Shown piece by piece: positions 46,164-55,134 of a stretch of 64,000 bases of DNA; the stretch's first letter is position 1; the number at the start of each line of letters is the position of its first letter. This stretch comes from Dehalococcoidia bacterium (GTDB lineage Bacteria; Chloroflexota; Dehalococcoidia; Lucifugimonadales; UBA3495): the NCBI GenBank assembly GCA_963664175.2, contig CAXXOI010000005.1, positions 6,542-70,541 of the forward strand. Direction: 5' to 3'. A program made the translations under genes and the position numbers. The notes beneath the pieces are model-generated. The model saw nothing but the letters and a program-made list of their open reading frames with translations. It searched no databases and was not told where the DNA came from.

Positions 46164-47283
46164 TCAGTTATCGGCAACCACCACGGGCGCCACTGCCTGC
46201 AGGCGTGAGTCGGCCCCGGTGGCCTCCAGCGTGTAAACGCCAGGGCCCAGGGGCAGGGTGCCGGTTGCCTGGAATGCCCCGGTCTCGTTGGCCGAGATCT
46301 GTTCGTTGAGCAGCGATCCCTCGATCACCACGGCGGCAGTCGCCGTGTGCGATGGAAATGACCACCCTTTCGTCCGGGTCGAAATCGGCCCCGGAAACCG
46401 TGTGCGCATCGCCGGTGCTGGACACAGTGATCACGGGGCCGGACGCCGGCTCTCCGGTCTGTCCCACTCCGCCATCGATGCGTGCTTCGGCTATGGCGTT
46501 CATTATGCTGGCGAGGACGACGATGCCCTCCATTAGCTCGAGGGTTCGTGCCGCCTCAGGGTTTGTGGAGGCTGCTGCCACGGCGTTGAAGATGTCGTGG
46601 ATTTCACGGTCCAGGTTGGTCAGATACTCTTTGAAGGCAGGGTTTTCGGTCGCAGCGATTATGCCGTGAATGGTGTTATCCAGCCGCTCGGAGTCCGCCG
46701 CCCTGGCTGCGGTCAGGTCTGTCTGGTCCCCGCCTTCCGCAGCAACTCCGCCATCGATGCGCGCTTCGGCGATGGCGTTCATGATTGTGGTCAGGACAAC
46801 GATGCCCTCCATGAGCTCCAGGGTTCGCGTTGCGTCCGCGTCCGTAGAGGCAGCCGCGACGGCGTCGAAGACACGGTGTATTTCGGTGTCGAATTCGGCA
46901 AGTCGCTTCTTGAAAGCAGGGTCTCTAGTCGCATTGATGATGCCGTGAATCGTGTTGTCGAGCCGCTCTGAATCTGCAGCTCGAGCGTGGGCAATCTCGT
47001 CCCCGAACTGGGCGGCAAGTCCGTCGATCAATGGCTGCAGCTCGTTCGGGTCGGGGACCGCGGTTTTGCCCGCAGGGCCTGCCGGGCCAGCCGCCCCTGC
47101 CTCGCCAGCCGGGCCCTGCTCCCCTGTCGGACCCTTGTGACCGACCGGACCCTGCGGTCCAGCCGCACCAGTCTCGCCCTGAGGGCCTGCCGGACCTGCT
47201 GGCCCCACTTCTCCCTGGCAGGCCATCAGGGCCAACGTCAAGGCCAGGAGTACGACGAGGGAAATAGTAAACCTGAGATTCAT
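46164..47283 (-). CDS. collagen-like repeat lipoprotein, apparent +1 frameshift near 46343
   Basis: Signal peptide with lipobox LMAC. 15 G-X-Y triplets (47068-47205) and two 93-aa repeats. The C-terminal Ig-like segment continues in another frame (track ORFs 46168-47301 and 46164-46409). Confidence 0.6.
46465..46986 (-). repeat. intragenic tandem duplication, period 279 bp (93 aa), 2 copies
   Basis: [23 protein letters not shown]...EIH..F.AVAAAST...[26 protein letters not shown] occurs twice, starting at aa 106 and aa 199 of the track ORF. Confidence 0.85.
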
Positions 47284-47456
47284 CGATATACACAGCTCCA
47301 CTGCAATGGGACAACCACTGCTCTAACGCCGCAGTTGGGCTTTCGATGGCCGCGAACTACGCGGTGTTCGCAGTGTATCCGGCGAATTTGGGTGGTAGTA
47401 TATCGCAGAGTTCGAGGGGAACACTGCTTACTGCAATCGAAAATCTGGAGATAACG

Positions 47457-48338
47457 ATGGCTTTCTACGAAGGGTTCGAAAACCTGAAAATCGACACCAG
47501 CGGCGGCGCGACCATCAACCTGGTCAAGGGGGGCGACGGCCCTCCGCTGCTGTTGCTCCACGGCTACCCGCAGTCTCACATGATGTGGCACAAGATCGCT
47601 CCCCGCCTAGCCGAGGACTTCACCGTAGTGGTGCCTGACCTGCGGGGTTATGGCGACAGCAGCAAGGTGCCTGGCGACCCGGAGCACCTGAACTACTCCA
47701 AGCGCGCCATGGCCCAGGACCAGGCCGACGTGATGTCCTACCTGGGATTCGACCGGTTCAAGCTGGTGGGCCACGACCGGGGCGCACGTGTGTCCCATCG
47801 CCTGACCAAGGACCACCAGGAGCGCATCGAACGGCTGATGGTGCTGGACATCATCCCGACGCACAAGATGTTCCAGATCGTCAACAAGGAGATGGCCACC
47901 AACACCTACCACTGGTTCTTCCTGATTCAGCCCTACGATTTTCCGGAGCGGGTCATTGGCGCAGACCCCGACTACTTCGTGCGCCGTTCCTTCAACCGCA
48001 ACCCCGACGCTTCCAGCGCCTTTCCGTCGGATGTCGTGGATGAGTACGCCCGCTGCTTCAGCGACCCTGGTACCATCCACGCCACCTGCGAGGACTACCG
48101 GGCCGGCGCCAGCATAGACCTGGTGCACGACGACGCCGACTTCGACAACAAGGTGACCGTCCCCATGTTCGCCCTGTGGAGCGCCACCGGGTACGTGGGC
48201 AAGACGCAGGATGTGCTGGCCGTCTGGAACGAGTACGCCACCAACGTGCGGGGACAGTCGCTTCCCTGCGGCCACTACATTCCCGAAGAAATGCCGGACG
48301 AATCGTACGCCATCATCAAGTCCTTTTTGCAGGAGTAA
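47457..48338 (+). CDS. alpha/beta hydrolase (haloacetate dehalogenase / epoxide hydrolase-like)
   Basis: ...GDGPPLLLLHGYPQSHMMWHKIAPRL..., nucleophile GHDRGARV (Asp nucleophile type), ...GHYIPEE. ATG at 47457. Confidence 0.8.
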   Translation: MAFYEGFENLKIDTSGGATINLVKGGDGPPLLLLHGYPQSHMMWHKIAPRLAEDFTVVVPDLRGYGDSSKVPGDPEHLNYSKRAMAQDQADVMSYLGFDRFKLVGHDRGARVSHRLTKDHQERIERLMVLDIIPTHKMFQIVNKEMATNTYHWFFLIQPYDFPERVIGADPDYFVRRSFNRNPDASSAFPSDVVDEYARCFSDPGTIHATCEDYRAGASIDLVHDDADFDNKVTVPMFALWSATGYVGKTQDVLAVWNEYATNVRGQSLPCGHYIPEEMPDESYAIIKSFLQE

Positions 48339-48347
48339 GGAAATTGA

Positions 48348-48414
48348 CCACAGAGGACGCAGAGAGCACAGAGATAAACAAGGGGAAACTCTGTGCCCTC
48401 CGTGGTCTCTGTGG
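48348..48414. repeat. REP-like imperfect inverted repeat built from CTCTGTG/CACAGAG heptads
   Basis: Arms CCACAGAGGACGCAGAGAGCACAGAG (48348-48373) and CTCTGTGCCCTCCGTGGTCTCTGTGG (48389-48414). A related element lies at 59226-59295. Confidence 0.6.
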
Positions 48415-48422
48415 TGAGTGAA

Positions 48423-49670
48423 ATGCTGGAGAGGACGCCGCCGAGAGGCTGGGCGGTCATCCTGCTGTTCCGCGCCCAGCAGAGCAGCGTCATCCTGGTG
48501 TCCTATACCTTCGGGCTGTTCCTGCCCTTCATCCGTGAGGACCTGGGCATCACTCCCCTGCAGGCCGGGCTGCTGCAGGCGGTCTGGTGGATCACCGCCG
48601 CCGGACTCTCCCTTCCATTTGGTGCGTGGTTTTCCCGGTTCCGGCCCGTGCCTCTGGCGTTGGTGTCGCTGGTCCTTGGGGCGCCGTTCCTGTTCGTGCA
48701 GGCCCTGGCTCCGGGGTTCTGGGTGCTCCTGCTGGGGCGGTTCTGCTTCATCCTGTCACACACGGTCAACACGCCAGCGCGAGCTCTGCTCCTCCGACAG
48801 TGGAGTGTCCCGCACCAATACGCGCTGATCCAGTCATTCGGACTGTCGCAGCACAGCGTCATTCTCGCGCTGGCCGTGAGCCTCAGCCCGTTGCTGATCG
48901 AGGGACTGGGAAGCTGGCGTATCGCCTACGGGGTACTGGGCGTGTTCTTTGCGGCGCAGATCCTTGCCTGGGTACTGGTGGCGAGGGATAAGCACGCGCC
49001 GCCCGAGCAGCCGCTTCCCGATGGCGACGACTCGGAGAGGTCACCGTGGATTGCCCTGCGACGATTCCCCCAGGGATGGCTGCTGGCGGTGGTGATGCTG
49101 TTCCTGTCCTCCACCTGGACCGGGATCGTCACTTTCCTTCCCACGCTGTGGGTGGAAGAACGCGACATCAGCTTGACCCTGGGTGGCCCGCTGCTGGGGT
49201 TTCTCTACTACGGACTGATCCCAGGAGGGTTTCTGGGCGGCTGGCTGTTGACCAAGATGCACAGCCGCAAGGCCCTGCTGGTGGTGCCGGCACTGCTGAA
49301 TGCTGTGTTCGGTGTGGTCATCACGCTCAGCGAGGCGCCGCCGATGCTGATGGTGTTCATCACGGGGCTGGGACTGGTCTGGGTGGCCACGCCAGCGATC
49401 CAGGTGCTGCCCTTCGAGTTCCCCGGCGTGCACCCGCGCGAGGTCGCGGTGTTGACTGGCCTGATCCTGACCTTCATGGGCATCGGCTTCGCCATGGGAC
49501 CCATGCTGGTGGGGGTTGTGGCCCAGTACACCGGCTCAATCCAGACCGGCTTGATCACCCTGTCGCTGCTCACCGGCCTCGGCGTGCTGGCGGCTGTCGC
49601 CTACCCGGACCGCCCCGGCGCTCCGCTGCGTTGGGGCCGAGCCGCGTCGCTCTCGCAGCAGGACTCCTAG
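48423..49670 (+). CDS. MFS transporter
   Basis: About 12 predicted TM segments with typical MFS layout. Start set after the REP element (ATG 48423). Confidence 0.8.
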   Translation: MLERTPPRGWAVILLFRAQQSSVILVSYTFGLFLPFIREDLGITPLQAGLLQAVWWITAAGLSLPFGAWFSRFRPVPLALVSLVLGAPFLFVQALAPGFWVLLLGRFCFILSHTVNTPARALLLRQWSVPHQYALIQSFGLSQHSVILALAVSLSPLLIEGLGSWRIAYGVLGVFFAAQILAWVLVARDKHAPPEQPLPDGDDSERSPWIALRRFPQGWLLAVVMLFLSSTWTGIVTFLPTLWVEERDISLTLGGPLLGFLYYGLIPGGFLGGWLLTKMHSRKALLVVPALLNAVFGVVITLSEAPPMLMVFITGLGLVWVATPAIQVLPFEFPGVHPREVAVLTGLILTFMGIGFAMGPMLVGVVAQYTGSIQTGLITLSLLTGLGVLAAVAYPDRPGAPLRWGRAASLSQQDS

Positions 49671-50161
49671 ACGAACCGCTGCCTTGCCCAGCCCTGCTCG
49701 TAGGTGGTGTTGAATATGGGAGCGGACTTTTTGCTCTTGAACATCCACCTGCCGTCGACCCGCACGTACTCCTCGTCGTCGATGCCAGCCCGCCACATGG
49801 CCTGGTCGGTTTCGCCAATGGTGCATGGCATGAACAGGTACCACCGGGCCCGGGCCGTGTCGCCGTTCACCTCGATACTGGGGTTCAGACCGTAGTGCAG
49901 GGCAAATACGAAATGGCTGGATATGCCGCGGAAGAACTCCCGGATGGCCTCGCGCCCCTCGAAAAGGCCCAGGCCCTGGCTCTCCCAAGTGGCATCCTCT
50001 ACGAACAGGACCGCAATGCGGTCGGGATCGTAGTTGTCGTCGCAGGCGGCGGCATATTCGGCCTTGAGGTTCCGGATCTCGTTGGCGTCTTCCAGGGCAC
50101 GAACCCTGTTCTGGAGTTCCGCTACTACCTTTGCCAAGTCACCTGAATTCTCAGTGGACAT
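49667..50161 (-). CDS. SnoaL-like / NTF2-fold protein
   Basis: ...LEDANEIRNLKAEYAAACDD...DATWES... is the typical SnoaL_4 N-terminus. Confidence 0.7.
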   Translation of the reverse strand: MSTENSGDLAKVVAELQNRVRALEDANEIRNLKAEYAAACDDNYDPDRIAVLFVEDATWESQGLGLFEGREAIREFFRGISSHFVFALHYGLNPSIEVNGDTARARWYLFMPCTIGETDQAMWRAGIDDEEYVRVDGRWMFKSKKSAPIFNTTYEQGWARQRFV

Positions 50162-50215
50162 AAACTGAAATTCCTTTGCGTCGGGTTGAGGTGGTGCTCC
50201 GTGACTGGTGCGCAG

Positions 50216-51046
50216 CTACTCCTCGTCGCGCAGGTAGGGGAACATGGCCAGGGGCGTGGCGGCCAGCAGGCCGGCGTCCACCGGCAGCGTGACACCGGAG
50301 ACCCAGCGGGCCTCGTCGGAGGCAAGGAAAAGGGCGGCGTATGCCACGTCCCACGGAGTGCCGTCGAATCCCAGGGGCCCGGCCCGGCGGCGCAGATTCA
50401 GCAGTTCCTCGGAGGTGTGGCGGGCAACCATGGGGCTGTAAACGTGCCCCGGTGCGATGCAGTTGACGCGAACGTTGTCCCGCCCGTAGTGCACGGCCAT
50501 GGAGTTGCTGAGGCCGATGATGCCGCCCTTGGACGCGGCGTAGGGGTGGCTGGGACGCCCGCCCCCGGCGCGAAGGCCCACGATGGACGACAGGTTCACT
50601 ATGGACCCGCCGCCAGCCTCGATCATCTGCGGGATGGAGTACCTGCTGCAGAGCATCACACTCTTGAGGTTGACATCCATCACCGTGTCCCAGAAGTCCA
50701 CGTCGAGGTCGGTGACCGAACCGGGGCCGCTGATGCCCACGTTGTTAATCAGTACGTTTATGTTGCCGAAGCGAGACTTGGCGGCATCGGCCATCTCGCG
50801 CATCTCATCGTCGCTGGTCACGTCGCCAGCGAATATGGACGCCTCTCCGCCTTCCTCCCGGATCATGGCCAGCGTCGTTTCCGCGTTGCGCTCATCGCGG
50901 TCCACCAGCAGGACTTTCGCGCCCTGTCGGGCAAACAGGATGGAGATGGCCTGCCCGATGCCGACAAAATCTCCGCTGCCGGTGGCCCCGGCACCGGTTA
51001 CTATGGCAACCTTGCCGCTCAGGCGGGTACCGTGTTCGGTCGTCAT
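50216..51046 (-). CDS. SDR-family oxidoreductase
   Basis: GKVAIVTGAGATGSG cofactor motif, NNVG, and catalytic Y-x-x-x-K (YAASK). Confidence 0.88.
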   Translation of the reverse strand: MTTEHGTRLSGKVAIVTGAGATGSGDFVGIGQAISILFARQGAKVLLVDRDERNAETTLAMIREEGGEASIFAGDVTSDDEMREMADAAKSRFGNINVLINNVGISGPGSVTDLDVDFWDTVMDVNLKSVMLCSRYSIPQMIEAGGGSIVNLSSIVGLRAGGGRPSHPYAASKGGIIGLSNSMAVHYGRDNVRVNCIAPGHVYSPMVARHTSEELLNLRRRAGPLGFDGTPWDVAYAALFLASDEARWVSGVTLPVDAGLLAATPLAMFPYLRDEE

Positions 51047-51103
51047 ACTTGCTCAATCTCCCTCAGGAAAGTAGTGAATGCGAGGGGTTCATCCTCAACC
51101 CAG

Positions 51104-51124
51104 CCCTCTCCCTCAGGGGAGAGG
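51104..51124. repeat. REP-like hairpin CCCTCTCCC-TCAG-GGGAGAGG (family member)
   Basis: Same hairpin core as 20336-20358 and 58679-58699, in reverse orientation relative to its flanking CCTCAACCC arm. Confidence 0.6.
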
Positions 51125-51139
51125 AAGTGTGTCCGGAAT

Positions 51140-51697
51140 CTAGTCCACCGCGCCAGTCTGCAGCAGCCCTGCGACCCGTGGGGCCAGTAGCTTCACGCGT
51201 TCCTCCAGCCCCTCGTCTCCCACGTTGGTGATTGGATGAGGGCAGACCAGGTAGGGGAAACCGGGCACGCCCATCAGGCGTGTGTAGGCCTTGGCCGTGG
51301 TCTCGAACACGTGCGTGATGATGGTGGCGGTCGGGAAGCCCATCCGCTCCAGGGTTATTCCGTCGTGCAAACTGCCCGACGAACAGCCCCCTCAATCCCC
51401 GACCCCGGTGATGATCAGGTCGGCGTGGCGGTGCAACTCCTCGACGATCTCCGGCTTCGGCGGGAGAGAGGAGCTGTGCTTCTTGTAGTAGCTGATCTCG
51501 GCGAACTCGAACTCGTCGTTCAGGATGTCGCCGATGGCGCGGAGGATGATGTCCGAGTTGGCCTTGGAGTTGTCCAGCAGCGCCAGCCTCTTGCCGCGTA
51601 TGTCGGCGGACCTGTCTGCCAGCGTCAACGGGTTGGGGCCCGGGTCCGCGCCGGTTGGGTCCACCAGTTGAATCTTGTGCGCCGTCGCCACTGTCAC
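51140..51697 (-). CDS. probable selenoprotein with U-G-G-C redox motif (UGSC-family-like); in-frame TGA at 51392-51394
   Basis: Track ORFs 51392-51697 and 51140-51370 are in the same frame, separated only by TGA. The read-through gives ...LIITGVGD-U-GGCSSGSLHDGITLERMGFPTATIITHVF... Confidence 0.6.
51359..51383 (-). promoter_or_regulatory. candidate bacterial SECIS hairpin
   Basis: 8 nt after the UGA: UUCGUCG-GGCAGUUUGCA-CGACGGA. This is a 7-bp stem including one G-U pair, with an 11-nt loop containing GU. Confidence 0.35.
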
Positions 51698-51731
51698 TTG
51701 ATCATCTCCTCACGGTACGCTCTTTGGGTTA

Positions 51732-51778
51732 ACCCTCATTCTCTCTCCCTTGACGGAAGAGGGTGAGGGTAGGGTGAA
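51732..51778. repeat. REP-like hairpin (CCCTCA...TGAGGG family member)
   Basis: CCCTCATTCTCTCTCCCTTGACGGAAGAGGGTGAGGGTAGGGTGA shares the GAGGGTGAGGGTAGGGTGA arm with other copies. Confidence 0.5.
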
Positions 51779-51797
51779 AACTCACCCAAGGCGATCC

Positions 51798-52871
51798 CTA
51801 ATGACCTTCCGCCCGGAAGTCCTCCCAGGAATCGCGGATGGGGATGGTTGTGGCAGGGAGACCGTGATAGTTCATCATCAGCTCGCTGTAGATGCCGCTG
51901 TCGCCGCCACCCTTGAAAATAAGGATGCTCTCGGGAGACGGAGCTGCGGGCACCCGGATATCCTCGTCGCCCGCTTCCACCGGGCCTTTGACGGCGCCGA
52001 GGCGCTTCATCTGCGCCCGCGTGCGCCAGGAATTCTCGTACACGTACTCCTGAATGCTGCGGCGGTCCCAGCCCAAGCGGCCCAGCATCTCGGCGTGCCA
52101 GTGGCCCACCACCCAGAACCATGGAGCGTCGTTCAGGTAGATGCCCAGACCGTGGCTCGCCATGGCGTCGGCGGTGGCGTCCATGAGGCTCTCGCCCGTT
52201 ACCCCGTAGCGGTTGCCCAGCATCTCCGGGTCCTGAATCGTGGCCACGGTTACCGTGGACTGCTTGGCATCGAATCCCCGCGAAACGTGGAATGGCTCCC
52301 AGGGGCTCTGTTCCTCGTCCTCGCCGATGCAGACGCCGAACTTGGTCAGCGAACCCATGCAGCCCCGGTCCAGGACGTTGGGGCGCTGCTCGAAGACGTT
52401 GATGAGGATCAAGCGGATGGCCCGGCCGATGGTGGCATTGGCCCGGTGCCCCGGACTGAACAGGTTGCCAGTACAGTTGAGGCCGATCTCCTGCCGGACG
52501 GGCCCGTTGACTAGGATCATGATGCCCGGCGAGTTGGTGGCTGCCGAGGACTCGTGGATGCAGTTGGGATCGTGCCGGAACATGGCGTCCATGGTTGCCA
52601 ACACCACCGGAAAGTACTCCGGCAGGCAGCCGGCCATCACGGCGTTGGCCGCGGCGTGTTCCGCGGTGAGCGCCCGGCGCCGCACCGGCACCTCTCCCAG
52701 GACCTGTTCCGCGGGCAGCGATACGTAATCGAGCATCGCCTCGACGCGTTCCAGGGTTGGCGGCACGACCGGGAGACCATCGGTCCAGCCGTGCCGGAAG
52801 CACTCCTCAATGGCGTCCAGCGTCTCGTCCACTTCGTGCAGCCGCGCCCGGTGACTGTGAGCAGCCATCAT
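51798..52871 (-). CDS. conserved hypothetical protein (357 aa)
   Basis: Clean ORF with protein-like composition (…GWTDGLPVVPPT…AANAVMAGCLPEYFPVV…GHRANATIGRAIRLILINV…). No family recognised by eye. Confidence 0.6.
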   Translation of the reverse strand: MMAAHSHRARLHEVDETLDAIEECFRHGWTDGLPVVPPTLERVEAMLDYVSLPAEQVLGEVPVRRRALTAEHAAANAVMAGCLPEYFPVVLATMDAMFRHDPNCIHESSAATNSPGIMILVNGPVRQEIGLNCTGNLFSPGHRANATIGRAIRLILINVFEQRPNVLDRGCMGSLTKFGVCIGEDEEQSPWEPFHVSRGFDAKQSTVTVATIQDPEMLGNRYGVTGESLMDATADAMASHGLGIYLNDAPWFWVVGHWHAEMLGRLGWDRRSIQEYVYENSWRTRAQMKRLGAVKGPVEAGDEDIRVPAAPSPESILIFKGGGDSGIYSELMMNYHGLPATTIPIRDSWEDFRAEGH

Positions 52872-52970
52872 TCACCTGACCAGATTCCAAAGGTAGTCGC
52901 GTTAGACGCGGATTCTACCACGTGAAAGTAACGCGATAGTTACGACTCCCGGACCCAGATTGGCAGAAAT

Positions 52971-54008
52971 TCAGCTCGGCCCCACGCGCTCCGCCGCGTC
53001 TCGGGCTGCCGCCAGGTAGACCGGGTTGGGGTTGAGCGAGTATTCCCGCAGACAAGCCTCGGTGAATTTAATGGAGTGGGCGCCCCCTGCCGCCACGGCT
53101 CGGTCGACAAGTTCGTCCCGGTCTTCGGACAGTGACTCAAACTGCGAAGTGTCCTGTGGCGGCACAGTGGAATACCAGGCGTAAACAGCGGCGCATGTCT
53201 GCCAGGCATATCGCGCTGCCAGCCGCGCGTCGGATTCCGCCAGGTATGGGGCGAGCATCCTGAGGGCACTGGGGCCGGTGACGGTGTGGACGAAGGCGAT
53301 CAGGTTCTTCGGGCTGGCCAGATAGATGCCGGCAAAGGTCTCGGTCAGATTCGATATGAACTTAGACAGGTCCCCCCCTGCGTCGGCGAGGTCAATGGTG
53401 GACGCGAACTCCGGGTGTTCCTCCAAGCCCTTGATCTGCTCGGTTATTGCTCCTGTGCCGTCGAATGACTCGTCATGCAGCCGCTCGACGTGGTTTAGGG
53501 CGGCCGCTGGCACATGGCCCGCGTGGGACACAGATGGCGTCCCCGGCAGGGCGTAGTAGCGGGCGGCCCAGAAGCCCAGGCCCTGCGCCAGCTCATGCCT
53601 GCGTTGCGGCGTGTCCTCCTTGGCGAGGCTTCGGACGGCGTGGCCGGTGCGGATGAGGCCGTGGGTGGCCGCTGCCATTACCGCCGGCGCCAGGCGGGGC
53701 ACCCAGAGGCGCACTACATCCCGCCAGGCAGCTTCCTCCAGCTCGTTCTCAAAGAACTGTACCCAGTCGCCGAGCCGTTCCCGGTTGCCGAGGTACTCGC
53801 GCCAATCGTCGTGACGAATGGCGAGGGACGGCTCGGGCTTGTACACCAGACGACTCCGGTACCCGTCGATCCAAGGTACTACGGCATCCTCTCGTCCCAA
53901 CTCGAAGAGGGCCTCGGCGGCCATTGGCCCGTGGTTGGCGTTGCCGTTGACCAGCTCCGCGCCGGCAAAGCTGAGAGTATCCAGCATCTCGTCGATGGTG
54001 ATTGCCAT
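52971..54008 (-). CDS. questin-oxidase-like (DUF4243) family protein
   Basis: N-terminal ...NGNANHGPMAAEALFELG... resembles DUF4243. Assignment from memory only. Confidence 0.5.
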   Translation of the reverse strand: MAITIDEMLDTLSFAGAELVNGNANHGPMAAEALFELGREDAVVPWIDGYRSRLVYKPEPSLAIRHDDWREYLGNRERLGDWVQFFENELEEAAWRDVVRLWVPRLAPAVMAAATHGLIRTGHAVRSLAKEDTPQRRHELAQGLGFWAARYYALPGTPSVSHAGHVPAAALNHVERLHDESFDGTGAITEQIKGLEEHPEFASTIDLADAGGDLSKFISNLTETFAGIYLASPKNLIAFVHTVTGPSALRMLAPYLAESDARLAARYAWQTCAAVYAWYSTVPPQDTSQFESLSEDRDELVDRAVAAGGAHSIKFTEACLREYSLNPNPVYLAAARDAAERVGPS

Positions 54009-54071
54009 ACTGTGCCGTCCCTCCCTGTCAGTCCCTCCGCAACTACCGCACGAAACCCGGGGCCGATGTGC

Positions 54072-55100
54072 CTACGCTGCTGCAGTCACCCGGGCGGCGA
54101 TCTCGTCGCCCGCCAGCTTCGCACGCTGCGCTTCGATGTCCATGCCGTACAGCCGGGCGGCATTCTCACCCATGATCTTGCGCTTGACCTGCGGCGTCAG
54201 CTCGACGCCGAACTCCTCGCGAATGTCGTCCGGCAGCTGGAAGGACACGAACTTGTCGATGATCCACTTGGGGCTCCAGATGGCGTAGTCGCTCCCGAAG
54301 AGGATGCGGTCTTCGCCAAGCCAGAAGAGCAGGTTGGCCATGATTTCGGCAAAGTACTTGGGCCGTGAATTGATGAACGCCATGGCCACCGACGTGCCGG
54401 CATACACGTTGGGCTCCTGGGTGGCGATCCAGCAGAAGTCGTCCAAGCGGGGCAGGCCCACGTGCTCCACGATGAAGTTCAGTCCTGGGAAGTCGGTGGC
54501 GGCGTAGTCCACGTCGTTGACATCGAATGCGTCGCGGCTGAGCGGATAGATGGTCGGGCCCTTGTGAACGTGGACGTTCTTGATGCCCAGCTCCTGGGCC
54601 AGCTCAAGGTACCGGTAGGACCAGGGGTCGTTGAGCTTCCAGCCCTTGGATTCTCCGCGCCATTCGGCGGTGTAGAGCTTCAGGCCTCCGATGGGGTACT
54701 GGTCCATCATCTCCCGGAACCGGTCAAGCCCTGCCTCCTCCTCGCGGGGGTCGTAGGAGCCGCACAGGATGAAGCGGTCTGGGTACTTCTGCTTTACCAC
54801 GTTGTTCTTCTGGTGGGTATTGAACCCTGTCTTGAAGAACTCGTACAGGTACGTGGAGTTCAGGATGGCCACGTCCACGTACCCATCAAGGAACATGTCG
54901 TTGAGTAGCGCTTCCTCGCCGTAGTTGCAGTACTTGTCGAAGTCCCAAACGTAGTCAGCCGGAGACAGCGCCGAGTGGTAGTCGTAGAAACACTTGATCC
55001 AGGCGTTTCCGTAATCGTTCTTGTGGTTGTCCGGACTGGCGTCCCAGAAATGCATGTGGCCGTCCACCACGAAAATATCCTCGCCGTTCACTGAGTACAT
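54072..55100 (-). CDS. amidohydrolase_2 family protein
   Basis: ...IFVVDGHMHFWD..., ...VHVHKG..., ...ILFGSDY... motifs. Confidence 0.8.
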   Translation of the reverse strand: MYSVNGEDIFVVDGHMHFWDASPDNHKNDYGNAWIKCFYDYHSALSPADYVWDFDKYCNYGEEALLNDMFLDGYVDVAILNSTYLYEFFKTGFNTHQKNNVVKQKYPDRFILCGSYDPREEEAGLDRFREMMDQYPIGGLKLYTAEWRGESKGWKLNDPWSYRYLELAQELGIKNVHVHKGPTIYPLSRDAFDVNDVDYAATDFPGLNFIVEHVGLPRLDDFCWIATQEPNVYAGTSVAMAFINSRPKYFAEIMANLLFWLGEDRILFGSDYAIWSPKWIIDKFVSFQLPDDIREEFGVELTPQVKRKIMGENAARLYGMDIEAQRAKLAGDEIAARVTAAA

Positions 55101-55134
55101 GCGTCTACCTCCACTTGTCCGAGACCTCTCCGGG

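Noticed and set aside
47068-47205. A periodic GGN-rich DNA repeat might be a simple-sequence or non-coding repeat.
   Set aside because: It has 9-nt/3-nt periodicity in frame with a signal-peptide-bearing ORF and encodes uninterrupted G-X-Y collagen triplets. It is coding.
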